Source: Deltaproteobacteria bacterium | Lineage (GTDB): Bacteria > Desulfobacterota > BSN033 > UBA1163 | NCBI GenBank assembly: GCA_018333535.1 | Contig: JAGXTA010000071.1 | Coordinates: 99,100-163,099 of the forward strand | Reading direction: 5' to 3' | DNA: 64,000 nt | Shown: positions 8,243 through 17,125 of the stretch, piece after piece | Layout of the letters: each line of letters begins with the position of its first letter | Position numbering within the stretch: position 1 is the first letter of the stretch | Made by a program: the position numbers and the translations under genes | Notes under the pieces: generated by a model | Database searches by the model: none | The model's input: only the letters and a program-made list of their open reading frames with translations | What the model was told of the DNA's origin: nothing

Positions 8243-10422
8243 ACTTGGAGAAAGATAAATTGTCCATCCCTACCATAACACTTTTATTTGCATTTTTAGT
8301 AAATTTAGGGCTTGGCCTTTTAGTATATATTAAAGCAACTTCTTACAAACGAGTAAATATTATTTTTGCCATCCTTGCCTGGTCTGCAGCCGGTTGGGCT
8401 TTTAGCTTTTTTCTGGTCTATCTTTTCACTGATAATCCTTTAAAATTATTTTTTGGAAGAATGGGTTTTGCAACATCGAGTATTATATCCACTGCATTTC
8501 TTTTATTTGCAATTATCTTTCCTAGTGAACAAAGAGCAGTTAGCTCATTTAAACTTATTATTTTGAGTTTGCCAGCTTTATTATTTTTGGGTTTATCTTT
8601 TACTGATAAGATAGTGTTTTCACTTGGCAGTGGTTTAAAAATGTTTTCCTATGGCCCATTTTATCCATTATTTTCTTTTTATTTAACAGGTTACATAATT
8701 TTAGGATTCGTTTTCTTGATAAAAACATATAGGAAGACTTCTGGACAAGAGAGACTCCAAGTTAAATACTGTTTATTGGGGATGTTTTTTACTTCGAGCC
8801 TTGGATTATTGAATAATTTATTTCTTCCGATGCTTGGGATTTCTATGCTTAATTGGCTCGGTCCGTCCTTAACAGTAATTATGGTAGGTTTTACAACCTA
8901 TTCCATTATTAAACATCGTTTGATGGATATTAATATTGTTTTTAAAAAAGGGACGACTTATATTCTTTTGTTGTTGCTTCTGTTTGTCCCCTCCTTTCTT
9001 TTAATCCTTCTTGGGCAGAAATTTTTCTATGGAAAAATTAATTATTTATTTACGGTGATGATGTTTTCGGTTCTTTTCCTGGTGGCACTCTTATTTTACA
9101 GGATCAAACCAAGGACTGAAAAGGCAGTGGACCAATTCCTTTTCAAAGAACGCTATAATTATCGCGAGACCCTGGGGGAATTGAGCAAGGCCATGGTGAA
9201 TATCCTCGATCTCCAATCACTTTTGAAGAAAATCATGGAGACCGTGACCCAAACCATGGGAGTGGATAAGGCGTCCCTGTTCTTATTGGATGACGAAAAA
9301 GGGGGTTATGATTTATTCGAATCGAAGAATATCAAGATGCCTGCCTCTTCGCCTCTCCTCCGCAAGGAGGCCCCTCTTCCCGGTTATTTACAGAAGATGA
9401 GAGAAATTGTTGTAAAAGAAGAATTAGCCAAAGGAACCAATATCCCCGAATTAAAAATGGTCATTGAGCAGATGACTTCGCTGGAAGCGGAGGTCAGCAT
9501 TCCCCTGCTTTCGAAAGGACAGCTTATCGGCATTATTAATCTCAGCCATAAATTCAATAAAGATGTCTATTATCAAGAGGACATTGAACTCCTCACCACT
9601 CTGGCCAATCAGACCGCCATTGCTGTTGAGAATGCAAGGCTCTTTGAAGACCTGAAAAGGTCAAAATCCTATATTCGCAGGGCGGACCGCCTCGCCTCCC
9701 TTGGAACCCTGACGGCAGGCCTGGCCCATGAAATTCGCAACCCCCTGGTTGCCATCAAGACGCTCACCCAGTTGTTGCCGGAACGGCTTGAGGATGAGGA
9801 ATTTCGTAATCATTTTCTAAAAATTGCCGCAGGAGAGGTCGATCGGATCTCACATCTGATCAATGAACTCCTCGATTTTGCCAGGCCTTCGATCCCAAAA
9901 TTGGAATTTGAAGATGTCAACAGCATTTTGGATGGAATGATCCTTCTGGTGTCGACAGAGAGCAAGAAAAAGAATGTTCATATTGAGAAACAATATGCGA
10001 CGGATCTTCCTTCCGTTAAGGTTGACCGGGAACAGATCAAGCAGGTTTTTTTAAACATCCTGCTAAACGCCATTGAAGCAACTCCTGAGAATGGGAAAAT
10101 CACTGTAAAAACCCATTCTTTTTTAAAACCCGGAGGGGAACCCTATCTTCAGGTCGAATTTAAGGATACGGGATGCGGCATCCCTCAAGAATATTTAGAG
10201 GAAATTTTCAATCCCTTTTATACAACGAAAACGACGGGAAGCGGCCTGGGACTGTCGATCTCCAACCAGATCGTACGGGACCACAAAGGATATATTGATG
10301 TTGAGAGTCAAAAGGACAAAGGGACCTCTTTCTTCATCAATTTGCCCGTGGACCAGGACCATCCAAGAAGAAGACGAGTTGATCTCGAAACTCAGCATAC
10401 GCCTTTTTTTGAGCCACGATGA
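8239..10422 (+). CDS. membrane sensor histidine kinase with multi-TM N-terminal domain, GAF, HisKA and HATPase_c; PEP-CTERM system kinase PrsK-like
   Basis: 727 aa; ~12 hydrophobic segments in the first ~290 aa. GAF-like region; H-box LAHEIRNPLVAIKTLTQLL; N-box LNILLNAIEA; G-boxes DTGCGIP and GSGLGLSI. Architecture matches the TIGR02916 description; PEP-CTERM proteins and a PrsT-like TPR lipoprotein lie elsewhere in the window. Confidence 0.75.
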   Translation: MNLEKDKLSIPTITLLFAFLVNLGLGLLVYIKATSYKRVNIIFAILAWSAAGWAFSFFLVYLFTDNPLKLFFGRMGFATSSIISTAFLLFAIIFPSEQRAVSSFKLIILSLPALLFLGLSFTDKIVFSLGSGLKMFSYGPFYPLFSFYLTGYIILGFVFLIKTYRKTSGQERLQVKYCLLGMFFTSSLGLLNNLFLPMLGISMLNWLGPSLTVIMVGFTTYSIIKHRLMDINIVFKKGTTYILLLLLLFVPSFLLILLGQKFFYGKINYLFTVMMFSVLFLVALLFYRIKPRTEKAVDQFLFKERYNYRETLGELSKAMVNILDLQSLLKKIMETVTQTMGVDKASLFLLDDEKGGYDLFESKNIKMPASSPLLRKEAPLPGYLQKMREIVVKEELAKGTNIPELKMVIEQMTSLEAEVSIPLLSKGQLIGIINLSHKFNKDVYYQEDIELLTTLANQTAIAVENARLFEDLKRSKSYIRRADRLASLGTLTAGLAHEIRNPLVAIKTLTQLLPERLEDEEFRNHFLKIAAGEVDRISHLINELLDFARPSIPKLEFEDVNSILDGMILLVSTESKKKNVHIEKQYATDLPSVKVDREQIKQVFLNILLNAIEATPENGKITVKTHSFLKPGGEPYLQVEFKDTGCGIPQEYLEEIFNPFYTTKTTGSGLGLSISNQIVRDHKGYIDVESQKDKGTSFFINLPVDQDHPRRRRVDLETQHTPFFEPR

Positions 10423-11990
10423 ACTATCAAGATTTAATTCACTCTCCCATCCTCTCCCCCGGGGTTGCCAAACTGGTTCAGAAATGCGCCCTGAACAACG
10501 CCCCTGTTTTTATCCAGGGCGAACAGGGGACGGGAAAAGAGCTGATCGCAAAGATCATCCATCATACAGGGGATTGGAAATCCTCTCTTTTTTACAGGGT
10601 GGATTGTCAAATCCTTCATGAGAATACTCTCTTTGACCACCTCTCTCCCCTTTTTGAAAAGATCCTTTTCGGGATGACCCCGGCGACCTTCTTTTTAAAC
10701 GAGGTGGGACGCCTCGGCCGTAGGGATCAGTTGAAACTCCTGGAACTGGTCGAGGACGGCCTGCTCCAGAACGGAGTGGAGAAAAAAACCGTTAAAAACA
10801 TCCGCTTCATCTCCTCCTCCTCGGAGAACTTAGAAGAAAAGGTGGCGCAGGGAGCATTTTCAGGGGACCTCTATTTCCGCTTAAGAACCATGGCCATCCA
10901 TGTCCCGCCGCTGAGGGACCGTCCGAGAGAAATCGGCGCCATCGCTCAATATATTCTCGAAGAGAGTGTCAAGCAGTTGAAGCTTAAAAGAATGGGGATC
11001 TCGAATGACGTCCTCAGGTTGTTGGAGAGATACTGGTGGCCCGGGAACCTGAAGGAACTGGAGAGGGTCGTCACCCGTTGCGCCATTTTATCAGAAGGTG
11101 AAAAGATTATGGAAAAAGATCTCTCGATCGAGAACGGGATGGATAGAAATTCCTTTTTCTCTTTCGTTGAAAAGGCGGAGACGAGGCCGGCGGCGCCTCC
11201 CAAGAACGAACCCTCCCGTAACCATTCCAACGGACTCAATATCCCCGATGCCTCGTATTTTTTCCTTGAATTGGTCCATCGCATCAAAAATCCCCTGGTC
11301 TCCATCAAGACCTTCACTCAACTGCTGAGGGATAAATTTAATGATGCGGAATTCAGGGGCTATTTCTACAGGATCGTCACCGAGGATATCGAAAAGATTG
11401 ACGGCGTGCTCAATGGCCTCCTCAATTACATCCGGATCAATCACCCGGTCGAGAAGAAAGACACCATTCATTTCATCATCGAAGATGTCCTGAAAAAGCA
11501 TGGGACGCAGATTGAAAACAAGAGGATCAAGCTATTCAGGAAGTTTGAAAAAGACCTTCCTGAAACGATCCTCCATGAAGAGCAGTTGCGATACATTTTG
11601 ACTTCCCTGATTCAGTATGCCATTCCTGCGATCCCAGCCAGCGGAAGCATCGGTTTTTTAACGAAGTCCCTGGATGACCGCCCGGTTCGCGTGGAAAACG
11701 GAGAAGGCCAAACGCCTTCCTCAACAGAGAGGAGATACATCGAAATCATGATGGTTTTCACCGGCTACAAGAAACCCATCGATCCGCTGGATACGTTATT
11801 GGGAGCGCCTTTACTACGCGAGGAGGAATTGACCGATCTGGAGATACGGCTCATCAAAGAGATGATCGAGAGGAACCGGGGGATGATGAAATTCGAAGTC
11901 AATGAGAAGAAGCTCAGGACCCTGGTTTCCCTGAAATTCCCCGCGGAGAGAAGAAAGGTGATCACTTATCAGGCTACGAATTCATCATAA
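10419..11990 (+). CDS. fusion of a sigma-54-type AAA+ domain (degenerate GAFTGA) with a degenerate histidine-kinase-like domain
   Basis: 523 aa; Walker A GEQGTGKELIAKIIH, arginine-finger region GDLYFRLRTMAIHVPPLRDR, GAFTGA position reads MTPATF. No HTH. C-terminal half has HisKA-like VHRIKNPLVSIKTFTQLL but no N-box Asn and no DxGxG. Paralogous to 35387..36244. Start overlaps prsK-like stop. Confidence 0.7.
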   Translation: MNYQDLIHSPILSPGVAKLVQKCALNNAPVFIQGEQGTGKELIAKIIHHTGDWKSSLFYRVDCQILHENTLFDHLSPLFEKILFGMTPATFFLNEVGRLGRRDQLKLLELVEDGLLQNGVEKKTVKNIRFISSSSENLEEKVAQGAFSGDLYFRLRTMAIHVPPLRDRPREIGAIAQYILEESVKQLKLKRMGISNDVLRLLERYWWPGNLKELERVVTRCAILSEGEKIMEKDLSIENGMDRNSFFSFVEKAETRPAAPPKNEPSRNHSNGLNIPDASYFFLELVHRIKNPLVSIKTFTQLLRDKFNDAEFRGYFYRIVTEDIEKIDGVLNGLLNYIRINHPVEKKDTIHFIIEDVLKKHGTQIENKRIKLFRKFEKDLPETILHEEQLRYILTSLIQYAIPAIPASGSIGFLTKSLDDRPVRVENGEGQTPSSTERRYIEIMMVFTGYKKPIDPLDTLLGAPLLREEELTDLEIRLIKEMIERNRGMMKFEVNEKKLRTLVSLKFPAERRKVITYQATNSS

Positions 11991-11996
11991 GGAAGC

Positions 11997-12190
11997 CAGG
12001 AAGGCAGGAAAAATTCAAATTCTAAAACCCAAATTCTTTACCTTTTTTTTATTCATGGTTTCCTGGATTCCTAATAAGGAGTAACATAATAAGGAAGCCA
12101 AGAAGGCAGGAAAAATTCAAATTCTAAAACCCAAATTCTTTATTTTTTTTTTCATGGTTTCCTAAATTCCTAATGAAAAAATTCCTAATA
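11997..12190. repeat. tandem duplication (~95 bp x2) containing the dispersed AGGAAGCCAGGAA motif, upstream of the NtrC-type regulator
   Basis: Sequence aaggaagccaggaaggcaggaaaaattcaaattctaaaacccaaattcttta...catggtttcct..attcctaat occurs twice in tandem. The ttcctggcttcct motif recurs near 20470, 40965, 43855, 51080 and 54820. Confidence 0.7.
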
Positions 12191-12194
12191 AGGA

Positions 12195-13607
12195 GTGGCG
12201 ATGGTTGGAAAGGAAGCATTGAAAAGCATTCTGGTTGTCGATGACGAGGTGGGGGCCAGAGAATCCCTAAAAATGATTTTAAAGGGGGAGTACCAGGTCT
12301 TTTTGGCGAAAAACGCCGAAGAGGCCTTTCAACAGGTCGATGGCCATATCCCTGACGTAATCCTTCTTGATATCATCCTGCCGGATATGGATGGCCTGAG
12401 GATTCTGAAAAAGTTGAAGCAGACCCTTCCCGAACAGATCGTCATCATGATCACTGCCACCAAGACAGTGAAGACAGCCGTGGAAGCGATGAAACTCGGA
12501 GCTTATGACTACGTCACCAAGCCCTTCGATGTGGATGAGCTTCGCTTGATCATCAACCGGGCCCTTTCCACAAAGGCGCTGAAGGAGGAAAACCAGCGGC
12601 TCTGGATGGAGGTTGACCGGAATTTTGGCTTTGAAAATATCGTGGGAAAGAGCAAGGGAATGAAGGATATTTTTAAAGTGGTGAAGCAGGTGGCCGATAC
12701 CCGATCCACGGTTCTGATCATGGGAGAGAGCGGAACAGGGAAAGAACTCATCTCACGCGCCATCCACTACCATAGCCCGCGGAAAAATCATCCCTTCGTC
12801 ACCATCAACTGTGCGGCCATTCCGGAGACCCTGATCGAGAGCGAACTCTTCGGCCATGAAAAGGGGGCCTTCACCAATGCGATCGAGAAAAAATTGGGTC
12901 GTTTTGAGGCGGCCCATGAGGGGACTCTCTTTCTTGACGAGATTGGTGAATTGAGCCTGATGACCCAGGCGAAGATCCTCCGGTTTCTCGAAGAGAAGGA
13001 ACTCAACCGGGTGGGAGGTTCGAAGACGATTAAGGTCGATGTGAGGCTCATTACAGCGACCAATAAAGATTTGCCCCAGCTTGTCAAGACAGGACAGTTT
13101 CGAGAGGATCTCTACTACCGGATCAATGTGGTTCCCATCATCCTTCCCCCGTTGCGAGAGCGAAGAGAGGATATCCCCCTATTGATCAGCCATTTTACAA
13201 AGAAATTCAGCGAGGAGAACCAAAAACAGTTGAAGGGGGTCAGCAAAGAGGCCTTGGAATTGCTGCTGAACTACGAATGGCCCGGAAATGTCAGGGAACT
13301 GGAGAACCTGATCGAACGGGTGATTGCCCTCACCCACAATGAGTATATCCAGCCGGACGAATTGCCCCTTCCCATCATCAATCAATCCAAGGCGAATGGT
13401 TTGAAAGAATCGGTCTTAAGCGGCCAGATCTCCTTCTCGAGGGCGGAGGAAGAATTTGAGAAGGAAATCATTCTGGATGCCCTGAGAAAAGCCAATTTTA
13501 TTCAATCGCACGCCGCAGAGATTTTAGGGATCAGTCGAAGGATTTTGAAATATAAGATGGACAAATTGGGGATCCAGCAGCAGGACCGGATCAAGCAATA
13601 CTCCTAA
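12195..13607 (+). CDS. sigma-54-dependent response regulator (NtrC family: REC + AAA+ + Fis-type HTH); PrsR-like
   Basis: 470 aa; REC domain (VVDDEVGARESL...DIILPDMDG); Walker A GESGTGKELISRAIH; GAFTNA motif; FREDLYYRINVVPIILPPLRERRED; C-terminal HTH ILGISRRILKYKM. Confidence 0.85.
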   Translation: MAMVGKEALKSILVVDDEVGARESLKMILKGEYQVFLAKNAEEAFQQVDGHIPDVILLDIILPDMDGLRILKKLKQTLPEQIVIMITATKTVKTAVEAMKLGAYDYVTKPFDVDELRLIINRALSTKALKEENQRLWMEVDRNFGFENIVGKSKGMKDIFKVVKQVADTRSTVLIMGESGTGKELISRAIHYHSPRKNHPFVTINCAAIPETLIESELFGHEKGAFTNAIEKKLGRFEAAHEGTLFLDEIGELSLMTQAKILRFLEEKELNRVGGSKTIKVDVRLITATNKDLPQLVKTGQFREDLYYRINVVPIILPPLRERREDIPLLISHFTKKFSEENQKQLKGVSKEALELLLNYEWPGNVRELENLIERVIALTHNEYIQPDELPLPIINQSKANGLKESVLSGQISFSRAEEEFEKEIILDALRKANFIQSHAAEILGISRRILKYKMDKLGIQQQDRIKQYS

Positions 13608-13841
13608 ATCTTCCACCTGCCAAATATTTAGTTCCTGCGCCGAAAGATACGGTTTTAAGTTCAAGAGGCCCGCCTAAAATGTAAACCCTTGTTCATTTTT
13701 GTACGTCCCTTTTAGCCCGATAATGCCAGAATGCCACCCTCATAACTTGTAATAACAATAGCCCTGAAATATCAACAGGTTATTATACTGAAACAATTCA
13801 ATGATTTTAATTCAAAATGGCAACATTTTTGCTTTAATAGT

Positions 13842-15005
13842 ATGTCTATTCAATCGGATCGAAAGGAAAAAAGAATGGAACCTAAAAAAAGTTTGGCCAA
13901 TATCCTGATTGTGGATGACGAAATAGGCCCGAGGGAATCCTTAAGAATGATTCTTAAACCCCATTATAACATCTTCATTGCAGAGAACGGGCATTCGGCC
14001 ATCCAGATGCTCCGGCAGACCGAGATGGATGTTGTCACCCTGGATATTAGAATGCCCGGCATGTCAGGCATTGACACCCTCAAGGAGATCAGGCTTCTCG
14101 ATCCTGATGTGATGGTCGTCATCATCACGGGCTTTGGGACGCTAAAGAGCGCGATCGAGGCCATCCGATACGGGGTGTTCGATTATATCCCGAAACCTTT
14201 TAATGTCCCGGAGATCATGTGCATTATTGAAAAATCGATCCAGCGGAGAAAATTGAACCTGAAAGTCAAGGAGATGCTTCGTCAGCGCTCCGATTCCGGC
14301 AATCAAAACGGTCCGATGGATACCGACCTTTTGCTTTCGAAGGAAATGAGCGGTCTTGCCGATTCGGGAAACGGAGAAAGAGGCGCTTCGGAAAATCAGA
14401 ACTGTCTCGAATTTTCAAAAGTTCTTGCCTTTACGCTTGAGGAGAAAGACCCTTATACGTCGGGACATTCAGAGCGCGTTTGTTACTATTCTGATTTCAT
14501 CTCAAAAAAATTGTCGCTCAATCCAAAGGACAGGAATGAAATCAGGGTCGCTTCTTACCTCCATGATATCGGAAAAATTGGCATCAGCAACCGTTTTATC
14601 AATAAGAAGGGCGCTCTCTCGTCCACCGAATGGGCCATCATCAAACAGCATACCAAAAAGTCACTCGAACTCTTGGTGCCCCTGAACCTTTCACCCCATA
14701 CCCTTTCCTATGTTCACCACCACCATGAGCGGTACGATGGAACCGGTTATCCGGATGGATTGTCGGAGGACCGGATCCCATTGGGAGCCAGGATTATTGC
14801 AATTGCGGATGCTTATGACAGCATGACCTCCGACCGGCCCTACCGCAAACCCCTAACGAATGGGGAGGCAAAAAATGAGCTCTTGAAATTTGCCGGAAAA
14901 CAGTTTGATCCCCAGTTGGTCACCATTTTTCTGAACATTCTTAGGGAGATGGAAGAGGTCTTTCTGGTCAAGGACCATGTCAGAGTTCCATCCGTTTCCT
15001 ATTAA
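13842..15005 (+). CDS. response regulator with HD-GYP phosphohydrolase domain (putative c-di-GMP phosphodiesterase)
   Basis: 387 aa; N-terminal REC (ILIVDDEIGPRESL...LDIRMPGMSG); C-terminal HD-GYP motifs YLHDIGKIGI and HHHERYDGTGYP. Confidence 0.85.
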   Translation: MSIQSDRKEKRMEPKKSLANILIVDDEIGPRESLRMILKPHYNIFIAENGHSAIQMLRQTEMDVVTLDIRMPGMSGIDTLKEIRLLDPDVMVVIITGFGTLKSAIEAIRYGVFDYIPKPFNVPEIMCIIEKSIQRRKLNLKVKEMLRQRSDSGNQNGPMDTDLLLSKEMSGLADSGNGERGASENQNCLEFSKVLAFTLEEKDPYTSGHSERVCYYSDFISKKLSLNPKDRNEIRVASYLHDIGKIGISNRFINKKGALSSTEWAIIKQHTKKSLELLVPLNLSPHTLSYVHHHHERYDGTGYPDGLSEDRIPLGARIIAIADAYDSMTSDRPYRKPLTNGEAKNELLKFAGKQFDPQLVTIFLNILREMEEVFLVKDHVRVPSVSY

Positions 15006-15022
15006 ATGAAAAGGAACCTTCA

Positions 15023-15784
15023 ATGAACCAGATCATCCGATGCATCACCTGCGATGAAATATTCACAAAAACCCCTTACGACCAGTGGCCTGAGTATGAG
15101 TATGTTTCGGTTAACCGTCCTGAGCCCAGCCGGACGATTGAAAAAGATGATTTTCAAGATTTTTTAAAACATCATCGGAACCATCCGATGGAGGACCTGA
15201 AGGTTCTGGAGGACTCCTTCGTCAGCGAAAAACCTTATTTCGAGCCGACAAAGGCCTCCTATTTCAAGGCGACAAATGGAAAAGAGATGTTTGTGATCAA
15301 GAAATTCAGGAAGAGGATCGATGAACCACTGTCCTATCAATTGATCCGGGGAGACTACTCCTTAAAACTTCTCCGCCTTGAAATCCAGGCCGAAGAGATT
15401 GTCAAACAACTTAAAAAAGAACTGAATCCCTCCCCTCTTCCGGAGCCTCAGTTAGAGGCCTTTCTCAAATTGTATCGGCAGGTTCTCAAAACCATCGATA
15501 TAAATAGCCTGGAGAGGGTTCCCGAAGATTCCCCTCATCCCCTCGAGATCTATTATAAAATGGATGATGTCAGCCTCGCTTACCTGCTAAGAAATTGCAG
15601 GACAATATTTAAAGGGCAGGAATATCAAGCCGTCGAGGCGTTTATCCAGCGTCACAGGGAGGATGGGGTTTTATTGTTGAAAGCCGTCTACCAGATTCAA
15701 ATCTCTGAGTCATCCAAGTCAAAGAAAGGCGCCCTTCCCATCCCTCACGCCATAGAAGGGAAGAAATATGTAGAGAAAACATAA
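15023..15784 (+). CDS. hypothetical protein
   Basis: 253 aa ORF with good coding appearance directly downstream of the HD-GYP regulator. N-terminal CITCDE...; no recognisable domain. Confidence 0.5.
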   Translation: MNQIIRCITCDEIFTKTPYDQWPEYEYVSVNRPEPSRTIEKDDFQDFLKHHRNHPMEDLKVLEDSFVSEKPYFEPTKASYFKATNGKEMFVIKKFRKRIDEPLSYQLIRGDYSLKLLRLEIQAEEIVKQLKKELNPSPLPEPQLEAFLKLYRQVLKTIDINSLERVPEDSPHPLEIYYKMDDVSLAYLLRNCRTIFKGQEYQAVEAFIQRHREDGVLLLKAVYQIQISESSKSKKGALPIPHAIEGKKYVEKT

Positions 15785-16017
15785 GCCCCTTCTCCCCTGG
15801 AGATTCCTGAAAAAGTCCGGCAATCTCTGTTTACACCGATTAGGAACCGATTGCACAGATTAGAAATGCATTGTTAAATAAATAAAAATCTGTGGGATCA
15901 TTTTTTAAAATCTGTGTAATCAGAGAGCGAAAATCAGTTTTTCAAAGTTTTCCTCTCTTAAAAATTGACAAGGCGCCGGAAGTCTGTTAACTTTTTAATA
16001 CAAATGCAACAAATCAT

Positions 16018-16086
16018 TAGCCCTGTAGGGCAACCCTATCAGCCAGAGGCTGATCCGCCTCAGGCGGAAAGGGTGCCCTACAGAAC
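16018..16086 (+). other. nested inverted-repeat (multi-stem) element in the ccsA leader
   Basis: Outer stem ctgtagggca/tgccctacag encloses two hairpins (atcagcc-aga-ggctgat and ccgcc-tca-ggcgg), ~40 bp upstream of the ccsA ATG. Confidence 0.4.
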
Positions 16087-16126
16087 ATTTAATACATTGA
16101 CGTCCTGATTCGATATGGAGTGAAGC

Positions 16127-16975
16127 ATGGATTTATTTTTGACAAGCCACGTCCTTTTTAATATCTCGATGGGAATTTATCTTCTCAGCTTCCTGGGCTA
16201 TCTCCTTTTTACAGCCTCACGGAGCAATCGACTGGGAACGGCTTCTACCTCTCTGCTGGTCATAGGGCTGGTCATTCACTCGGTTGGCCTGGTATTGCGC
16301 TGGCTGGAAACCCATCAGACAGGATATGGTTATGTTCCCCTTTCGAATATGTATGAATCTCTTGTCTTTTTCTCCTGGACGATTGTCCTGATCTACCTCA
16401 TCCTTGAATTCAAATACAAGCAAAAGATCATTGGCGTCTTTGTCACCCCCCTGGCCTTTTTGACAATCGCCATCCTCTCCATCATCCCAAGCGTCAGTCC
16501 CAAGATCACCCCGCTGATGCCAGCCCTCCAAAGCAACTGGTTGACCATTCATGTGACGACCTGTTTCTTCGGGTATGCCGCTTTTGCCGTCTCCTTCGGG
16601 ATCAGCATCCTTTACCTGATTCAAGATCGTAAAGGTGGACCGCAGGAGGGAATGGCAAAATGGCTGCCTGCTCTTCCCATTCTTGATGAGATTAACTACA
16701 AATCGATTGTGATCGGATTTCCGATGCTGAGCCTGGGCATCATCACCGGTGCGGCATGGGCGAATTATGCATGGGGAAGTTACTGGAGCTGGGATCCGAA
16801 AGAGACGTGGTCTTTGATCACCTGGTTTGTTTATGCGGCCTTCTTACATGCCCGTATCACACGGGACTGGAGGGGGAGAAAAGCAGCCATTCTATCCATC
16901 GTCGGGTTTGCGGCTGTCCTGTTTACCTACTTCGGGGTCAACTACCTCCTTTCCGGACTGCACAGCTACGCCTAA
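16127..16975 (+). CDS. ccsA: cytochrome c-type biogenesis protein CcsA/ResC family (heme-handling WWD domain)
   Basis: 282 aa polytopic membrane protein with Trp-rich WWD signature WGSYWSWDPKETWSLITW and conserved His residues. Confidence 0.8.
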   Translation: MDLFLTSHVLFNISMGIYLLSFLGYLLFTASRSNRLGTASTSLLVIGLVIHSVGLVLRWLETHQTGYGYVPLSNMYESLVFFSWTIVLIYLILEFKYKQKIIGVFVTPLAFLTIAILSIIPSVSPKITPLMPALQSNWLTIHVTTCFFGYAAFAVSFGISILYLIQDRKGGPQEGMAKWLPALPILDEINYKSIVIGFPMLSLGIITGAAWANYAWGSYWSWDPKETWSLITWFVYAAFLHARITRDWRGRKAAILSIVGFAAVLFTYFGVNYLLSGLHSYA

Positions 16976-16988
16976 ATCCTTAGAACAG

Positions 16989-17107
16989 ACGTTTGTCGTT
17001 GTCGAAGCTCGTATCGATGCTCGTTTGTCGAAACTGGAGGCTCGGATTATTATCGAGTTTCGAACTTCTTGCGTCTAACTTTGATACGAACATCGTCACC
17101 GCTAACC
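16989..17107 (+). repeat. TIR repeat family copy 2
   Basis: acgtttgtcgttgtcgaagctcgtatcgatgctcg...ctttgatacgaacatcgtcaccgctaacc; starts 14 bp after the ccsA stop, between convergent genes. Confidence 0.8.
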
Positions 17108-17125
17108 ATTAAAAATGCACCGTTT

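Noticed and set aside
10946-11501. Minus-strand ORFs 10946..11317 and 11091..11501 inside the AAA+/kinase-like fusion gene
   Set aside because: Antisense to a gene with clear domain motifs. Translations are low complexity (Ser/Phe/Arg-rich).
11997-12190. Possible CRISPR array (direct repeats with spacers)
   Set aside because: Only two tandem units of ~95 bp with no short repeat/spacer periodicity and no cas genes. Interpreted as a tandem duplication containing a dispersed motif.
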